Shown here: positions 51,242 through 61,894 of the stretch, piece by piece | Layout of the letters: each line of letters begins with the position of its first letter | Position numbering within the stretch: the first letter of the stretch is position 1 | Assembly: GCA_019058315.1 (NCBI GenBank) | Contig: JAHPZH010000002.1 | Coordinates: 1 to 64,000 of the forward strand | Source of the DNA: Candidatus Helarchaeota archaeon | Lineage (GTDB): Archaea; Asgardarchaeota; Lokiarchaeia; Helarchaeales; RDOG01 | Direction: 5' to 3' | Length of the DNA: 64,000 nt | Notes under the pieces: generated by a model | Databases searched by the model: none | The model's input: only the letters and a program-made list of their open reading frames with translations | What the model was told of the DNA's origin: nothing | Position numbers and translations under genes: made by a program

Positions 51242-51406
51242 TTACAATCCCAATAAGAATCTGTATTTAATAATGAATGATATTATGCTATCATTATTTG
51301 GATAAACGTATAAGGTCATTGCGATAATCATAAATAACGGGAAAATAATTCCTAAAATAATAATAATTAAAATTATGTTCAAATTATGTTTAAAAGATGA
51401 ATTCAT
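51242..51406 (-). CDS. 54-aa small membrane protein (not in the ORF track)
   Basis: MNSSFKHNLNIILIIIILGIIFPLFMIIAMTLYVYPNNDSIISFIIKYRFLLGL*. Confidence 0.45.
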   Translation of the reverse strand: MNSSFKHNLNIILIIIILGIIFPLFMIIAMTLYVYPNNDSIISFIIKYRFLLGL

Positions 51407-51456
51407 AATAAACCATAATTTCTAATATTAATATTCTTTTTGAAATATAATTAGGA

Positions 51457-51996
51457 ATGAATATGAAAAGGTTGCTATTACACGTTTGCTGCGGACCCTG
51501 TTCAATAATTGCTATAGAGCGAACAAAACCAAAATATGACGTTGTTCTTTTTTTTTCCAATTCTAATATTTATCCAAAGGAAGAATATGAAAAAAGATTA
51601 AATACAGCTATGAAAGTGGCTGACATTTTTAAAACTAAATTTAATAAGGATCGCTATAATCCTCAAGATTGGCTCAATCAAGTTAAAGGATATGAAAATG
51701 AACCAGAACATGGTAAAAGATGCGATATTTGTATTAAGTTTCGATTAGAAAGGACTGCAACATATGCAAAGGCTAATGGTTTTAATATTTTTGCTACCAC
51801 TTTAACTACAGGCCCCCAAAAGAATGCTGAGCGCGTAAATTCAATTGGGATGGCCATAGGGAAAAAATATGGAATTGAATATTATGAATCTAATTTTAAA
51901 AAGAAAGATGGTTTTAAAAAGAGCGTAGATTTAAGTAAAAAACATAAACTTTACCGTCAAAATTATTGTGGGTGCAAATTCTCGATTAGGAAGTAA
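51457..51996 (+). CDS. queH: Epoxyqueuosine reductase QueH
   Basis: LLHVCCGPC, NIYP.EEY.KR, RC..C..RL, YRQNYCGC. Confidence 0.93.
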   Translation: MNMKRLLLHVCCGPCSIIAIERTKPKYDVVLFFSNSNIYPKEEYEKRLNTAMKVADIFKTKFNKDRYNPQDWLNQVKGYENEPEHGKRCDICIKFRLERTATYAKANGFNIFATTLTTGPQKNAERVNSIGMAIGKKYGIEYYESNFKKKDGFKKSVDLSKKHKLYRQNYCGCKFSIRK

Positions 51997-53014
51997 TGAA
52001 CATTGCATCTCCAAAACTATAAAAACGATATTTATTCTTAATTGCCACTTGATAAGCATTCAATAATTCACTAGTTCCTACATAAGCTGCAGCCATTAGT
52101 AGTGGTGGCGATTTTGGTAAATGAAAATTTGTTAGGAAGCCGTCTGGTTTGAACTTAAAATTATACCCGGGAAAAATAAATAAGTCACTATAACCTTTTA
52201 TTTGTTCAATTTTTCCTTTATTATTACTCGCAGCTTCTAAAGATTTTAAAGTAGTTGTGCCAACAGCAATAATTCTATTTCCAGCCTCTCTTGCATTATT
52301 AATTGAATCCGCAACATCTCTTTCAATTTCAAGATATTCTGGTTCCATTGGATAATCTTTAGGATTATTAACATGTATTTTTAGAATTAAGCCCACACCC
52401 ACATGAAGTGTTATATATTCAACCTTAACACCTTTTTTGGATATTTTCGAGAGTAATTTATTAGTGAAATGTAAACCGGCTGTAGGCGCAGCAATAGACC
52501 CCTCATATTTTGCAAAGACAGTCTGATATTTATTATAATTAAATTTTTTATCAAGTTTTTTTATATAATTAGGGATAGGAATTTTCCCAAAGTTGTTAAT
52601 TAAATCTTTCATGGAAACTTTACTGAAAATCTGAGTAAGAAAGATTCCTTCTCTAATTTGCTTTAAGATTTCAACTTCAAACAGTCCATTTTCAACAATT
52701 ATTTTTATTTTTGGTCGAAGTTTTTTTCCTTTTATTAAACATTGCCACTTAAAAGGTTCAATTTCTTTTAAGAATAATAAGCTAACCATTCCACCTGTTT
52801 CTTTTATCCCATTAAATCTTGCTGCAATTACTTTGGAATCATTTAAAATAAGAATATCTCCTTCATTCATTTCATGAATAATTTCATGGAATAATTTATG
52901 TTGAATTTTTTTTCCTTTTAGGATTAAAAGTTTAGAGGTATCCCTTTGTTCTAATGGTGTTTGTGCAATATATTTTTCCGGTAAGATAAAATTATATTGT
53001 TCTAAATTTATCAT
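51986..53014 (-). CDS. queA: SAM:tRNA ribosyltransferase-isomerase QueA
   Basis: IAQTP, NDSKVI.AR, YQTVFA, AAPTAGLHF, LHVG, TNFHLPKS, YRFYSFGDA. Confidence 0.96.
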   Translation of the reverse strand: MINLEQYNFILPEKYIAQTPLEQRDTSKLLILKGKKIQHKLFHEIIHEMNEGDILILNDSKVIAARFNGIKETGGMVSLLFLKEIEPFKWQCLIKGKKLRPKIKIIVENGLFEVEILKQIREGIFLTQIFSKVSMKDLINNFGKIPIPNYIKKLDKKFNYNKYQTVFAKYEGSIAAPTAGLHFTNKLLSKISKKGVKVEYITLHVGVGLILKIHVNNPKDYPMEPEYLEIERDVADSINNAREAGNRIIAVGTTTLKSLEAASNNKGKIEQIKGYSDLFIFPGYNFKFKPDGFLTNFHLPKSPPLLMAAAYVGTSELLNAYQVAIKNKYRFYSFGDAMFITS

Positions 53015-53120
53015 CTTTAGAAGTCATCAAATAATTGGTTTAAAATATGTAATTTAAGAACTAAAGTTCCATTTTGCTAAAATTATTTAAGTAATTTTTA
53101 TTTAATACTTATTAATAATA

Positions 53121-53726
53121 ATGGGTTGGCAGAATTTGTCTGAAGAAGAAAAAGAAGATAAAGAAAAGATGCCTTTCAAAGTCATTTCATCTGACACATC
53201 TATTAAGGTCCCTGATGAATTAAAGGAAGAAAAGGAGGCAGTTAAGGAATTATTAGATATTTTGAAACCAAAAGTCACAGCACCAAAACCTATCTCCTCT
53301 AGACCTATATCTCTTGGTCCTAAAAAAGTTAAACCTATATTTCCAGCTACTCAAAAAATTAAACCAGCTCAAATTACAACACCACAAAAACCATCAACTT
53401 TAGATAAAGAATCTGATATAGTAACAGAAGAACTCGTAGGAGAAGATGTTTCTGAAGATTTATTAAAAATGAGTTCTATACTAAAGGAAATTAAGGAAGA
53501 AGAAATTGCTAACAGAGTTGAGGAACAAAAAGCTTTAGAGATTCCCGATGAAAGACAAATTATTGGAATTCAAATTGAATGCCCAAATTGTGGTAGAAAT
53601 ATATTATTAGACAGAACTGAATTCCTCAAATATGGTTATTCGGATTATTGTCCCCATTGTAATCTTATGGTTCTCCCAAATGTCCTCCCTGAAGATTATG
53701 AGCCACCCGAAGCTCCTCCAGAGTAA
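53121..53726 (+). CDS. Low-complexity protein with C-terminal zinc ribbon
   Basis: CPNCG...CPHC. Confidence 0.65.
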   Translation: MGWQNLSEEEKEDKEKMPFKVISSDTSIKVPDELKEEKEAVKELLDILKPKVTAPKPISSRPISLGPKKVKPIFPATQKIKPAQITTPQKPSTLDKESDIVTEELVGEDVSEDLLKMSSILKEIKEEEIANRVEEQKALEIPDERQIIGIQIECPNCGRNILLDRTEFLKYGYSDYCPHCNLMVLPNVLPEDYEPPEAPPE

Positions 53727-53828
53727 GATATTGTTAAAGATTCTTTATTTTTTGAATTCTTTTATTTATTTTCATATCTATTAACTGTTGAATATTGTTC
53801 TACTTATTGTTATTAAAAGGAGATTGAA

Positions 53829-54794
53829 TTGTTAGAGAAAAAGAAAAAATTTATAGGTTGTATAGTTGGTACTGGAGTAGGAGATGCCTTGGGAGAGCCT
53901 GTAGAAGGATGTACTAGAATATATCTTGAAAATTACAATGTCAATATACCTAAACTTTATCTTGGAAGATATACTGATGATACTCAATTAACTATTGCGA
54001 TTGCTGAATCGTTAATTCGTGCGAAGGGGTATGATCCGGATGTTTTATCAAAAAGATTTATTGAATGGTTAGATGAGCCTCCAATTGGACCTGGAAGGGG
54101 ATGCTTAACATCTATTTATGGATTAAAAAATGGAGTTCATTGGTCTGAATCAGGTTCTGATTCTGGGGCAAATGGTTGTGCGATGAGGGTCTCCCCAATA
54201 GGATTATTTTATCATAATGATATTGAAATGCTAATTAAAGCCGCAAAAGAATCTAGCCTTATAACTCATCGCCATTGGGCAGCTATTTGCTCAGGTATTG
54301 TTGTGGCTAGGGCTGTGGCTTATTTAGTAAGCAATGATGTTCTTGATATAGATGATATGATTAATACTGTAGCTGATTCGATTAATCAGGACGAATATAA
54401 AGAATTTCATAAAAATTTATTAAAATTAAAAGATTATTTAGAACTACCATATAAGGAAGCTTTAATGGAATTAGGCCTAATAGGTGTTCAACCTCCATTT
54501 TTTGATCAAAGAATGGTCGGAATTGGTATTATTCATCCTTATGCTATGTCAACTGTTTTATCTGCATTGTTTTGTTTTCTCAAAACTCCTGATGATTTTA
54601 AAAAATCAGTTTTAGAAGCTGTTACTGGTGGCGGAGATACGGATACGGTGGGAGCTATTTGTGGAGCGTTTAGTGGAACATGGAATGGAATTGATAATAT
54701 TCCTCAAATTTGGGTAGATGGGTTAATCGATATCAAAAAAATTGTTTCCGTAGGAGAAAAAATTTGGGAAACTTTCCTTGAATGTCAAATATAA
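53829..54794 (+). CDS. ADP-ribosylglycohydrolase (DraG/ARH)
   Basis: GDALG, YTDDT, NG.AMR, GGDTDT. Confidence 0.95.
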   Translation: MLEKKKKFIGCIVGTGVGDALGEPVEGCTRIYLENYNVNIPKLYLGRYTDDTQLTIAIAESLIRAKGYDPDVLSKRFIEWLDEPPIGPGRGCLTSIYGLKNGVHWSESGSDSGANGCAMRVSPIGLFYHNDIEMLIKAAKESSLITHRHWAAICSGIVVARAVAYLVSNDVLDIDDMINTVADSINQDEYKEFHKNLLKLKDYLELPYKEALMELGLIGVQPPFFDQRMVGIGIIHPYAMSTVLSALFCFLKTPDDFKKSVLEAVTGGGDTDTVGAICGAFSGTWNGIDNIPQIWVDGLIDIKKIVSVGEKIWETFLECQI

Positions 54795-54808
54795 ATTTTA
54801 TTAATCTT

Positions 54809-55351
54809 TTATAGCTTTTCTATTTTTAACTTTGAAGTATCTTCTAGAATTATCGCACTATTCCCTGTAGGATCTTCCAAAATCAAAGTAAAAGCTAATT
54901 TCCCATCTTTAGCTTTTTCTAATTCCCTTTTTAATTCCTCTATTTTACTTAAAGTCTCATCATCTTGCGGATTTTTTTCTAGTCCTAATAATATATCATT
55001 TATTCGTAATAGTATACCTTCAATATTCGTTATATATCCTTCTGATTCCACACCTGGTTCAATAACTGTACCGAATTCAGGAATTTTTATCGTACATGCT
55101 CCACTCCTAACTACCTTAATTTTTAAATCCTTTTCCTCATTAACCTTTAAAATATATTTCTTTGGTTCCTTTTCATAAACGCTAAACAAGTCATTTTTTT
55201 TATAACCACAATTTTGACAAATTAGAGTTAAAATAATAACCTCACCAAAATATGGAATATCTTGGGTTTTATAATGGGTTTGGATTTGTGATTTACAAAT
55301 TGGACAATCTATTTTATTAAAAAAAACGTCGATATTTTTGTTTATATCCAT
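54809..55351 (-). CDS. ZPR1 zinc-finger protein
   Basis: CPIC, IPYFGEV, CQNCGYK, ITNIEG, DPTGNS. Confidence 0.93.
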   Translation of the reverse strand: MDINKNIDVFFNKIDCPICKSQIQTHYKTQDIPYFGEVIILTLICQNCGYKKNDLFSVYEKEPKKYILKVNEEKDLKIKVVRSGACTIKIPEFGTVIEPGVESEGYITNIEGILLRINDILLGLEKNPQDDETLSKIEELKRELEKAKDGKLAFTLILEDPTGNSAIILEDTSKLKIEKL

Positions 55352-55413
55352 AAGAATTTATCTCTCTCATTACTTAAAAACTATTATTTATAAATTAAGA
55401 TTTAAGAAAATAA

Positions 55414-55458
55414 TTGCATATTTGCAATATTTTTGCTGAAATATTTGCATATTTGCAA
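55414..55458. promoter_or_regulatory. Two copies of near-palindromic TTGCATATTTGCAA upstream of the ZPR1 gene
   Basis: Identical 14-mers at 55414 and 55445, 31-bp spacing. Confidence 0.5.
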
Positions 55459-55698
55459 TTTTACACAAATATAATTTCTCTCTATTAAATAACAACTTAA
55501 ATAAAACTCTATATCATTAGAATTTAATAAAATCTTTTCTGAAGATGATTATATTGGCTGATAAAATAAAAAATCCATATATTGAAAAAGGGATAATACA
55601 GCTTTTTCAGAACTTAGTCAAAATTGTTACCCAACTTTACAAAAAATAAACTTCTTTTTAATTTTTAAATAACAAATAAAAAAAAATAAGAAATAGAT

Positions 55699-56073
55699 TT
55701 ATTCTTCAGCAGCAGCAACAAAAGCCAAAATGCCTCCAACGACCAAAAGACCAACAGCACCGTACATTAAGTACATTGCATCAATACCTAAAAATTTCGG
55801 AGAAGTAATTGCCTCTAATGCAGTAAGCCATAGGAATTCTGTATACATTTGACTAATAAATTGATATACTTCGGGATCAGTTATTGGATTTATAATTATT
55901 TCTTTAGTTACGGCGGGTATACCAACTAATAACTGAAAACCAAGGTTTGCTATAAAACCAAAATCATATAATACTGTTGTATGTGGTCCGAGTATAAACA
56001 TCCAAAGTGAAATAACTCCTGCCGCTCCTAAAAGAGTAAATATACCTCCAACAATACCAGCAGACTTAGCCAT
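55699..56073 (-). CDS. Small two-TM membrane protein (paralog of next gene)
   Basis: MAKSAGIVGGIFTLLGA...GGILAFVAAAEE; AGGAGG SD. Confidence 0.75.
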   Translation of the reverse strand: MAKSAGIVGGIFTLLGAAGVISLWMFILGPHTTVLYDFGFIANLGFQLLVGIPAVTKEIIINPITDPEVYQFISQMYTEFLWLTALEAITSPKFLGIDAMYLMYGAVGLLVVGGILAFVAAAEE

Positions 56074-56225
56074 TATAGTATCCTCCTATTTTATCCAATA
56101 TTATTTAATTTTTTTTTTAAATATAAAAATAATTACGTTAAATAATTAATATAAATGTTATTTCAATTCACTAAAATTTTATAGAGAATTTTAAAAAAAA
56201 AATTTGGAAAATTGAGGATAGAGAA

Positions 56226-56615
56226 TTAATCTTCTCCAGCGCCAGCAATTGCCAGAATTCCACCAAATGCGCCCATGCCCACTAAGATAAATACACAAAT
56301 CATTATTGGAAGAGATAATACTCCCCAAAAATTGACATTTACAACAGGAGCGGTTTTCAAAATAGCATCTATTAAAAGAAAATCTCCTAGGGTAACATTA
56401 CCTGGTTCGAGGATAACTTCACCCCATGGTAACAGAGTTTCCGAGCTTTGAGTTATATTTAATTGCGTATCCAAATACCATAATGAAAGAGTTCCGTTTG
56501 CAGAGGCATAATTTTGATTAGCAGGCATAATAACGAACCATTGAAGAGCAAAAAATCCAGAAGCACATAATAGAACTAAAATACCACCAAATATGCCCGC
56601 AGCTTTTTTACCCAT
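56226..56615 (-). CDS. Small two-TM membrane protein (paralog of previous gene)
   Basis: MGKKAAGIFGGILVLLCA...GGILAIAGAGED. Confidence 0.75.
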   Translation of the reverse strand: MGKKAAGIFGGILVLLCASGFFALQWFVIMPANQNYASANGTLSLWYLDTQLNITQSSETLLPWGEVILEPGNVTLGDFLLIDAILKTAPVVNVNFWGVLSLPIMICVFILVGMGAFGGILAIAGAGED

Positions 56616-57009
56616 CGGTATAACTCCATAATTTATACATCATTATAGAAATTTTGATAAAATTTTTTTTTCATTAATTTATCTAATAAAAGTAAAGTTG
56701 TTTATCGAATAAAAACCTTTTTTTATTATTTTGGCTAATTCTGAATATATTTTTTAATTAACAAAGAAATTAAAGGGATCTTTAACAAATTAGACTAAAA
56801 ATTTTTATTAATAGGTGGACTCAGACAAATGCCTTATCTTCATCTTAATAATCAGAAGCAAAAATCTTCATTGTCCAATAATTAAAATTGATTTCGAATT
56901 TAAAATTATTTTCCAATATCTTTCTTTTTTAAACTGAGTTTTTTAATTATACCTGTAACTATTTTGGTAATAAAAGAAAATTGAATGATGTAAAAAAGGA
57001 TAGAATTTA

Positions 57010-57669
57010 ATGAAATATGAAACAATTATTTTAGATTTTGATGGCACTATTGTTGATACAAGAGATAGTATTGTATATACAGTCAAAGAAACATTAAATA
57101 AATTTGGAATCTCATCATTTAATGAAACCAAAGTTCAAAATTTGATAGGGCTTCCATTAAAAACGACTTTTAAAGAATTAGCAAGATTAAACGATAAACA
57201 AGTAGATAATGCAATTAGAGAATATCGGTTATTATATAATAGAATTTCATTTAATAAGATACATTTATTTCCTAATGTTAAAAGCACATTGATAAGATTA
57301 TTTAAAATTGGCATTAAATTAGCAATTGCTTCAAATAGAGGAAAAAAAGTTTTAACTAAACTTTTAAATCATTTAGGTATAACTGATTTATTTTTATTTA
57401 TAGTAGGAGAACAAGATGTTGATAATAAAAAACCTGCTCCAGATGCTGTTAATCTTATAATTAAAAAATTAAAATCTACTAGTGAAAAAACTTTAGTCGT
57501 AGGAGATACCGTTTTTGATATTGAAATGGGAAATAGAGCTGAATGTGACACATGTGCAGTAACTTACGGTTATCATGGAATTGAAAAATTAAAATCTGCA
57601 TCTCCAAAATACATAATTGATAATTTCTCTCAATTATTGAATATAATATTAAAGAAAGACAAAAAATAG
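57010..57669 (+). CDS. HAD family phosphatase (phosphoglycolate phosphatase-like)
   Basis: DFDGT, KPAPD, VGDT..D. Confidence 0.93.
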   Translation: MKYETIILDFDGTIVDTRDSIVYTVKETLNKFGISSFNETKVQNLIGLPLKTTFKELARLNDKQVDNAIREYRLLYNRISFNKIHLFPNVKSTLIRLFKIGIKLAIASNRGKKVLTKLLNHLGITDLFLFIVGEQDVDNKKPAPDAVNLIIKKLKSTSEKTLVVGDTVFDIEMGNRAECDTCAVTYGYHGIEKLKSASPKYIIDNFSQLLNIILKKDKK

Positions 57670-57723
57670 TAATTTATTGGTTATAAAATAAAAAGCAGTA
57701 AAAAACAATTTAAATTTTTAAAT

Positions 57724-58626
57724 TTAAGTTAATCTAATCAAAGTTGTTGAACATTTAGGACACATATAGTTTCCATCGGTAGCTATGGTGTAATATTTAT
57801 TACAAGTTTGACATAAGAATACAAAACCCTGTACTTCAGATGGCGCAGTTACATGTAGTTGTTTGGATATATATGCAATTTGATCTTCGCACCAACGAGC
57901 TCCATCTTGAAAATTGGCTTTTTTAGCATAATCTAGTGCTTGTTTAAGACAATCTAATGCTTCTTTTTTGTTATCTGCTTGGAAAAATGCGGTAGCTTGA
58001 TTTGCTAAAGTGTTATACTTTTTATATGCATCTTCATTATTTGTCTGAGGTTGTGCAACTTCAACTTCAGTTTCCTTGATAGAATTAACGTAATTTGGGT
58101 CTAATACCATACGAACAAGGTTTTCAAAGATATTATTTACCATTTTTCCCGATTTTGCGCTCGATTCAAAATAGAAAGTATTATATTTTTTAGCGAGTTC
58201 TCTGCCCTCTTCTGCCGTAACTTGAATATCTGGTAGGTCAACCTTGTTTCCAACAAGAATCAATGGAATTGTTCCGCGATTATCGTAGACTTCTTTGAAC
58301 CATTTTCCAATACCAGTAAAAGTTTGACGGTTTGTCTTATCAAAAACAATAAGACCACAAACACTGCCTTTATAATAAAGTGGACGAACATAACTGAATT
58401 GTTCTTGCCCTCCAGTATCCCAGATCTGAAGTTTTATGGAAGTATTGTCTATATGCATCATTTTTACGCTGAAATCCACCCCAATTGTCATTTTATAATC
58501 ATCCTTAAACTTTCCTTCTGTAAAGCGTACGGATAATGCTGTTTTCCCTACACCTCCGTCTCCGACCACTATACATTTTAAGAGATAATCGTATTTATCT
58601 TGACTCAAGGCAGTTAACCGTCCCAA
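57724..58626 (-). CDS. Rab-like GTPase with C-terminal helical domain and zinc ribbon
   Basis: YDYLLK, GDGGVGKT, TIGVDF, IKLQIWDTGGQE, NKVD, SAK; CQTC...CPKC. Confidence 0.92.
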   Translation of the reverse strand: MGRLTALSQDKYDYLLKCIVVGDGGVGKTALSVRFTEGKFKDDYKMTIGVDFSVKMMHIDNTSIKLQIWDTGGQEQFSYVRPLYYKGSVCGLIVFDKTNRQTFTGIGKWFKEVYDNRGTIPLILVGNKVDLPDIQVTAEEGRELAKKYNTFYFESSAKSGKMVNNIFENLVRMVLDPNYVNSIKETEVEVAQPQTNNEDAYKKYNTLANQATAFFQADNKKEALDCLKQALDYAKKANFQDGARWCEDQIAYISKQLHVTAPSEVQGFVFLCQTCNKYYTIATDGNYMCPKCSTTLIRLT

Positions 58627-58883
58627 TTAACTCTATTGTGTTAATTAAAAGACTTAAAAACTGAATAGACTTAGTTTAAATGTCTATATTAAATTTATCT
58701 TACCATTAATTTATAATAATACTTTCGCAAACTTTAATCTAAAATATAAGATTATTTCGCAATTTTTTAATTATAGGATAATAAAACAACATTTCATTGA
58801 ATATAAATTATTGCTTACACCTTAAAAAAAAACCAAACAGATTAAAACTATCCCAAAAAAAAGTTTAAGGAAAGTGTATTTAA

Positions 58884-60506
58884 TTGGAGAATCTATTAAT
58901 AAAAAATGGTCATATTATTGATGGAACGGGGAATCCATGGTTTAAGGCAGATATTTTAATTGAAAACCAAAAAATTAGCCAAATTTCAACCGAAATATCA
59001 GAACATGCTGATAAAATAATCGATGCAAAAGGATTAATTGTATGTCCGGGATTCATTGATATTCACACACACTCTGATGCATCTCTCATGGTCTCAAATG
59101 GAGAAAATGTTTTAACACAAGGAGTTACAACCCATGTAATAGGTAATTGTGGGTTTTCTTTAACTCCAGCTGATATAAAAAAAGTAAAAGAGTTTAAATT
59201 AGAAGAAAGACTTAGCGCTCTAACTGGTGTTAGGGGTGAGCTCAGGTTTGAGAGACTTGATCAATATCTCGACGAATTTCAAGAAATAGGTATTGCTATT
59301 AATGCAGTTCCCTTAACAGGTCATTCAACAATTCGATTAAGCGTTTTAGGACTGGAAACTCGAGCTCCAAGTGATTCTGAATTAAGAAATATGAAAAATC
59401 TATTAGTATCTGAATTAAAACTGGGATCATTTGGAATGAGCACGGGTTTAGATTATCCTCCGGGATCTTTTGCAAAAACTGATGAGATAATTGAGCTATG
59501 TAAGGTAGTTGCAAAATATAATGGGCTTTACTCAACTCATTTTAGGGGTTTATTTGGAGGATTATTGGGTGCTACGAGGGAGACAATTAAAATAGGGGAA
59601 GAGGCAAATTGTAAAGTTGAAATTTCCCATTATAAACCTTTTGGATTTTATCGAGGTAATATTCGTAAAGCAGTTAAAAAAGTAGAGCAAGCTCGGCTCA
59701 GAGGTCTCGATATAACATTCGATGTGTTCCCTCAAGCTTCAAATTCGACCTTTCTTTATGCAATGGCTCCACCATGGATATATATGGGTAAAGGTGAATT
59801 AGATCCTGATGGTGCCCGTGAAAGGTTTAAGAAAACAAAGACTGATGAAGAATTTAGAAAACAAGTATTATTAGAAATGGGGCAGTTGGGATCGAGCTTC
59901 TTAAAGATAAAAAAGCCAGAAGATTGGAATAAGGTAATTATTAGTACACCAGGAGACCCAAGATTCCATGGAAAATCTGCGTATGAAATAGCCCAAGAAC
60001 AAAATTATGATCCTAGGGAAGCAATTATTGATGCCCTTATAAACCATGGAATGAAAGCTTCTGGTGTATTTTTATCCATGACTGAGGAAGATAATCGAGT
60101 GACACTTACTCACCCCCTTGGAATGTATGGTTCAGATGGAATGGTGTTTCCTTTGCAAGATAAAGAACAACGATTTCCTAATCCGTACTGTTTTGGGACT
60201 TTCACTCAAGTGTTAGGCAAATATGTACGGGAAGAAAAATTATTGACATTACAAGAAGCAATTCGTAAAATGACTTCTTTCCCTGCTCAGAAGCTTGGAT
60301 TAAAAGATCGCGGACTTTTACGAGAAGGATTTTGGGCAGATATTACTATATTTGATAAAGATCGAGTTATAGATAAAGCAACGTATAAGAACCCAACCAT
60401 ATTATCTGAAGGCATAGAATATGTATTAATAAATGGAACAATTGCTCTAGAAAAAGGTAAATTTACATATTCTAAATCTGGTATCCCCATAAGAAAACAA
60501 GTTTAA
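58884..60506 (+). CDS. N-acyl-D-amino-acid deacylase (amidohydrolase)
   Basis: PGFIDIHTHSD, GNCG, GSDG, GFWADITIFD. Confidence 0.92.
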   Translation: MENLLIKNGHIIDGTGNPWFKADILIENQKISQISTEISEHADKIIDAKGLIVCPGFIDIHTHSDASLMVSNGENVLTQGVTTHVIGNCGFSLTPADIKKVKEFKLEERLSALTGVRGELRFERLDQYLDEFQEIGIAINAVPLTGHSTIRLSVLGLETRAPSDSELRNMKNLLVSELKLGSFGMSTGLDYPPGSFAKTDEIIELCKVVAKYNGLYSTHFRGLFGGLLGATRETIKIGEEANCKVEISHYKPFGFYRGNIRKAVKKVEQARLRGLDITFDVFPQASNSTFLYAMAPPWIYMGKGELDPDGARERFKKTKTDEEFRKQVLLEMGQLGSSFLKIKKPEDWNKVIISTPGDPRFHGKSAYEIAQEQNYDPREAIIDALINHGMKASGVFLSMTEEDNRVTLTHPLGMYGSDGMVFPLQDKEQRFPNPYCFGTFTQVLGKYVREEKLLTLQEAIRKMTSFPAQKLGLKDRGLLREGFWADITIFDKDRVIDKATYKNPTILSEGIEYVLINGTIALEKGKFTYSKSGIPIRKQV

Positions 60507-60633
60507 ACACTTTTCTTTCTATTTTTTTAACTAATAAAAAATTACGATTATTTTAATGTTTAAAAAATATTTGTTATTTAATTAAGATAATTGATTAAAA
60601 TTTTAAAAAATTGAAAAATAAAAGTGATTAATT

Positions 60634-61758
60634 ATGTCTGAATCTGATTATTATGAAATTGTTAGACAGAAACTGGATATTGGACATATAAAACATCCTA
60701 AACATGAAAATTTTTATGAATTAATGAAAGTTTTTTGGGATAAAAATGATATAAAACTTCTCTCCCATTTCCCAAATGCAGGAGAAGTTATTTCTTTAAA
60801 CGAACTGGTTGAAAAGTCAGGAATGCCAAAAGACGAAGTGAAAAAAATATTAAAAAAGGTAGTAAATAAAAGAACTGTTGCAAAAATTGGCCCTAAATAC
60901 GGTTTAGCACCACTTCTACCTGGTGTGTTCGAAGCTTATTATATTGCACAACAAGATACCGAAGAAAATCTAAAAAAAGCGGCTAAATTATATAGATTTT
61001 TCTTTACAAACCCGACTACTGAAACAACCGAGAGAGATTATCAACTTTTTAGTCCTATACTTCCATATGAAGCAAAAGAAAAATTGATTGAAATTGACAA
61101 AAAAGTCAATACAGAATCACGTGTTCTTCCCTTTGAATTAGTTGAAGAAATGATTAATAAAAATGAACATTTTGCAGTAATACCATGCCAATGTCGTTTA
61201 ATAGCCGAATTAAATGATGAACCTTGTGAAGTTGCCCCTTCTGAAATGGGTTGTTTTCTCACCGGAATGTCTGCACAAGGAGTTGTCGCTCTTGGTTTTG
61301 GAAGAGCATTGACTAAGGAAGAAGCCATCGAATATATTAAAGAAACTGAGAAAAGAGGGCTTGTTCACAACGCCCCGAATGATTCTTCGGATCATTCATT
61401 TATTTGCAATTGTTGTGGTTGCCATTGTGGAGCTCTTATGCCGTTGAAGGAATTTCAGATACAAAACGTAAGACCAAGCAATTTTCGACCTAAGATTGAC
61501 CGCGAAATATGTGTATTATGTCAGACATGTTTAAGGAAGTGTCCAATGAGTGCAATTACTCATGAAGGGGAAAAAGGTGCACCTGATGAAAAAATGATAA
61601 TAAATATTGATATTTGTATCGGTTGTGGGATCTGTGCTGCTAATTGTGCAAAGAATTCAATCACAATGGAAAAGATAGATAATGTGATCCCACCAAAGGA
61701 AAATAAAATTGGCAATACAAGTTTTGATGAAATTTTAGGAAATCTTATAATCCCTTAA
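60634..61758 (+). CDS. 4Fe-4S binding protein (CxC / CNCC family)
   Basis: PCQCR, GLVH, ICNCCGCHC, 2x CxxCxxCxxxC. Confidence 0.88.
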   Translation: MSESDYYEIVRQKLDIGHIKHPKHENFYELMKVFWDKNDIKLLSHFPNAGEVISLNELVEKSGMPKDEVKKILKKVVNKRTVAKIGPKYGLAPLLPGVFEAYYIAQQDTEENLKKAAKLYRFFFTNPTTETTERDYQLFSPILPYEAKEKLIEIDKKVNTESRVLPFELVEEMINKNEHFAVIPCQCRLIAELNDEPCEVAPSEMGCFLTGMSAQGVVALGFGRALTKEEAIEYIKETEKRGLVHNAPNDSSDHSFICNCCGCHCGALMPLKEFQIQNVRPSNFRPKIDREICVLCQTCLRKCPMSAITHEGEKGAPDEKMIINIDICIGCGICAANCAKNSITMEKIDNVIPPKENKIGNTSFDEILGNLIIP

Positions 61759-61894
61759 TATTAATTCTTTTTTTTAAGTAAATAGATTAGTGTTATTCTT
61801 CAGATATTATTCTTTTTAATAACTGTAAATCTAAATATTTCTAATATCAAACCAGAGAATAAGAAGAAAGACATTTTTAAAGGAGATAAAGTAA

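Noticed and set aside
55699-56615. Type IV pilin/archaellin class III signal peptides
   Set aside because: The cleavage motif fits poorly, both proteins have a second C-terminal TM, and no assembly genes are nearby.
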